A model generated the notes under the pieces. The model was given only the letters and a program-made list of their open reading frames with translations. It did no database searches and was not told where the DNA came from. This document shows, piece after piece, positions 21,299 through 21,346 of a stretch of 21,346 nt of DNA (positions are counted from its first letter, which is position 1; each line of letters starts with the position of its first letter). Made by a program: the position numbers and the translations under genes. Origin of the DNA: Octopus sinensis. Lineage: Eukaryota. Where the stretch lies: the NCBI RefSeq assembly GCF_006345805.1, contig NW_021823783.1:1-21346 (forward strand), given 5' to 3'.

Positions 21299-21300
<2 letters not shown>
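21081..21300 (-). mobile_element. tRNA-derived SINE family B, full length, between (AAT)n tracts; central block resembles the Nin/Deu-type conserved SINE domain
   Basis: Minus strand: AAGGCGGCGAGCTGGCAGAG (A-box), GAGTTCAAATTC (B-box, 21221-21210), GAGGTCGACTTTGCCTTTCATCCTTTCG (central domain; assignment from recalled consensus, unverified). AAT repeats on both flanks. Confidence 0.88.

Positions 21301-21346
<46 letters not shown>
21299..21346. repeat. (AAT)n running to the window end
   Basis: Directly visible. Confidence 0.99.

Noticed and set aside
21081-21300. SINE family B as the non-autonomous partner of the Dong-type LINEs
   Set aside because: No shared 3' sequence with copies 1-4, and the tail polarity relative to (TAA)n is opposite.

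Overview
AT-rich eukaryotic DNA made almost entirely of microsatellites and transposable-element remnants. The repeat repertoire (tRNA-headed SINEs, TATG/TAGA/TAA microsatellites, R4/Dong-type LINEs) resembles an octopus or other coleoid cephalopod genome; this is inference, not a database match. No intact protein-coding gene, RNA gene or CRISPR array is supportable, and most ORFs in the supplied track are microsatellite artefacts. Main content: (1) a 3.1-kb decayed R4/Dong-type non-LTR retrotransposon (RT, CCHC finger, restriction-like endonuclease) followed by two 5'-truncated relatives, all on + and separated by (TAA)n tracts, with a fourth 3' fragment near 17 kb; (2) a non-autonomous Helitron interrupting the third copy and a mariner 3' end beside it; (3) a Penelope-like remnant with a frameshifted GIY-YIG endonuclease absent from the ORF track, plus hammerhead-ribozyme-like motifs at three loci; (4) at least three SINE families, including a tandem array and an 86-bp fold-back made of two SINE heads; (5) two weak micro-exon candidates. 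I found no convincing new biological system; the best leads concern known element classes in unusual arrangements. All translations and alignments were done by eye.
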